Assembly: GCA_965603515.1 (NCBI GenBank)
Contig: CBFDDH010000004.1
Coordinates: 11,929 to 75,928, forward strand
Source of the DNA: an uncultured bacterium
GTDB lineage: Bacteria; Hydrothermota; Tepidihabitantia; SM23-42
Direction: 5' to 3'
Length of the DNA stretch: 64,000 bases
The notes below the pieces were generated by a model, which was not told where the DNA came from, ran no database searches, and was given only the letters and a program-made list of their open reading frames with translations. The position numbers and the translations under genes were made by a program. How positions within the stretch are numbered: position 1 is the stretch's first letter; each line of letters opens with the position of its first letter. Shown piece by piece: positions 63,401 to 64,000 of this stretch.

Positions 63401-63628
63401 TTGCGTGTACGAAACCCTTAACGTGACGATATCCTGCTGTAGGATATTGGAGTAATCCTGGATGATCTGTATCAGTTCATCGCCCCGTGAAAAAAGGGTA
63501 AAGAGAAGTTCCATTTCCAGAGTGAGCTGTTTTATATTATCATTGTTCTTATCTAATAATCGAGAGACCTCATTCACGTGATCCCCGAGGATTGCAGTCT
63601 TATTAAAGTACTCGTTAATTTGTGCCAT
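60455..63628 (-). CDS. fusion protein: N-terminal MCP-signalling-domain-like coiled-coil region + C-terminal family-5 solute-binding protein (SBP_bac_5) domain
   Basis: Residues ~130-160 (NTEIRAHHAKKEGKGLAIIAKECLSLAQLAQ) match the MCP signalling core ([30 protein letters not shown]). The C-terminal ~520 aa are a typical cluster-C peptide/nickel-type SBP. No signal peptide or TM. Start set at ATG 63626-63628, because the longer track ORF overlaps tRNA-Met. Confidence 0.65.
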   Translation of the reverse strand: MAQINEYFNKTAILGDHVNEVSRLLDKNNDNIKQLTLEMELLFTLFSRGDELIQIIQDYSNILQQDIVTLRVSYTQYEDTMKQISDRLLNLNELLKSLINRSQQIQNNADLFIKSAQSLASLSKNTEIRAHHAKKEGKGLAIIAKECLSLAQLAQLPFHDFSALLNNLEQIVRPVVEELRKTIELSSRARVLLKQSFKSLKTIDDTTVSLQNIITQLEENSSVNQELKATVSEGLSVLKNQFLTSMNTIDDISVHCKQINSLAQTLSVLSTICSSVKEQTSTDFENSGISFIEQQYNFFLQENITTIGKFSTGKQPPLFPHKIYQSIGNMTGQIVELNNSIKEIHGYKEALGTDMAQIVDLGKQIENFLDEIQNVYERLNDLGKNLSSEIKKIEVLVSSTGKIFNKIKTLSVFAKIEQGRSSEYQDIISPIVDEFIQLEAETEQAFADIVPQLTLVKKDAHVLNKEKMVARSGKIKPPDYSKIRIFLDDISRVFGEEKEQAEEISKIITSLDKENTTLSNAWDNYEGVIDQISKAGSSFDRLFVHKKGEAPGYIRTKKILTVNLPSDPLTLRPDVKTDVNSHRVIYNYSSGLFQFGDGADIIPGLCQNYSVSQDGREYIFRLRENLKYQNGRPIMVEDIRESIIRALEGPNCSLFDMITGAAEFAESKQRTALGIKIIDSSTLKLSLEYPFLPILANLACDIADPYLDDELPIGAGPFKLIAWEKGNRIILQANEHYFEGRPTVDELYFLTIKDENMGYELFKKRALSIFQPTGDALKRMRAEMPKLLHTIPELGILYLCINCQKKPFDNKQVRQALAHAINTNQLVNMFFKGSAIRAKGVFPPSMEVFNHRLEGYKFNPATSKRLLSEAGFPSGLPSIYALDISDTPAAIKQAEFIKTSLMAIGVRIDINPMPWQNLIERTYACESTLSFRGWVSDNGDPDNFVYPLFHSASHGRPGNTFFFSSSEIDRDIDQARKIRNLNQRISLYRQIEKKILDEAPGVFFFHRLQSLAVQPDILGIKPHPLGLVRTKYVCPLGKRWSIPAQPANREERIANMV

Positions 63629-63636
63629 AAGTTTAG

Positions 63637-63709
63637 TAGCGGCGGAGGGATTTGAACCCCCGACACAGAGATTATGATTCTCCTGCTCTGCCAACTGAGC
63701 TACGCCGCC
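63637..63709 (-). tRNA. tRNA-Met (anticodon CAU; elongator or tRNA-Ile2 lysidine type, not initiator)
   Basis: ggcggcg-ta-gctc-agttggca-gagc-a-ggaga-atCATaa-tctct-gtgtc-ggggg-ttcaaat-ccctc-cgccgct-a. Full cloverleaf. No 3 consecutive G-C pairs in the anticodon stem. Confidence 0.85.
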
Positions 63710-63828
63710 TCAACCAAAATTATATCTAGAAATGGTGTGCTGTCAATGACGATAAGCCCGGATTTCCAAGTGTTTTATGTTGACTTCACGTGGAAATACG
63801 TTATTCTAATACTTAACCTATGCGGATT

Positions 63829-64000
63829 CCTATAAGAATAAAATTCACTACCCTGATTTTTCTCCTAATGCTGGTGATAACGAGTGTTATCTTCTGGTTC
63901 ACTCTACATCGAGTCAGAAAGTCTTTGACTCACGAAATAAGACTCCAGGGTGAAATTCTGGCGAACCTTATTGCTTTAAATGCCGAAGATCCATTGATCG
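63829..64000 (+). CDS. membrane protein, N-terminal fragment (possible sensor/HAMP-type signalling protein); continues beyond window
   Basis: ATG 63829: MRIPIRIKFTTLIFLLMLVITSVIFWFTLHRVRKSLTHEIRLQGEILANLIALNAEDPLI... TM helix followed by amphipathic helix. Open to the window end. Confidence 0.4.

Noticed and set aside
63629-63694. Longer N-terminus (MAEQENHNLCVGGSNPSAATKL...) of the 60455..63694 ORF.
   Set aside because: This extension is the antisense/sense read of tRNA-Met (63637..63709). The start was moved to the internal ATG at 63628.

Overview
This is a ~64 kb chromosomal segment from a low-GC (roughly 40%) bacterium. Gene content suggests an anaerobic member of the Fibrobacteres-Chlorobi-Bacteroidetes superphylum: two secreted proteins carry type-IX-secretion C-terminal sorting domains, there is a SusC-like TonB-dependent receptor with a carboxypeptidase-regulatory-like N-terminal domain, and there are V-type ATPase genes, rubrerythrin and a rubredoxin fusion. 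The window holds the replication-origin region: dnaA and dnaN on the minus strand, with a cluster of DnaA boxes directly upstream of dnaA. The core gene blocks are recA-recX-alaS, rlpA-ispE-tRNA-Gln-prs-ctc-pth-ychF, and a 23S-5S rRNA operon with its own near-consensus sigma-70 promoter and no 16S gene. Other identifiable genes include thi4, fba, lgt, comF, apbE, amrS, archease, an EF-G paralog and a partial V-type ATPase operon (G/H-I-K-E only).

The most interesting locus is at 52505..53821, near the 3' end of the window. A selenophosphate synthetase (SelD) reading frame is interrupted by an in-frame TGA that lies exactly at the catalytic Cys/Sec position of SelD, with a SECIS-like hairpin just downstream. 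Read through as selenocysteine, the protein is fused to an N-terminal domain resembling the ferredoxin-thioredoxin-reductase catalytic subunit (a CPC...CPC...CHC Cys motif).

Other notable points:
- A 1057-aa protein joins an N-terminal methyl-accepting-chemotaxis-protein (MCP) signalling-domain-like region to a C-terminal family-5 solute-binding domain.
- A BNR-repeat type-IX-secretion cargo gene is split by an in-frame TGA.
- At least four interspersed palindromic repeat families occur in intergenic regions.
- Two inverted ~150-bp copies of one element bracket a 36.6-kb segment that contains oriC, dnaA and the rRNA operon.
- A conserved promoter-plus-leader module precedes four separate genes in a stress/redox-flavoured cluster.
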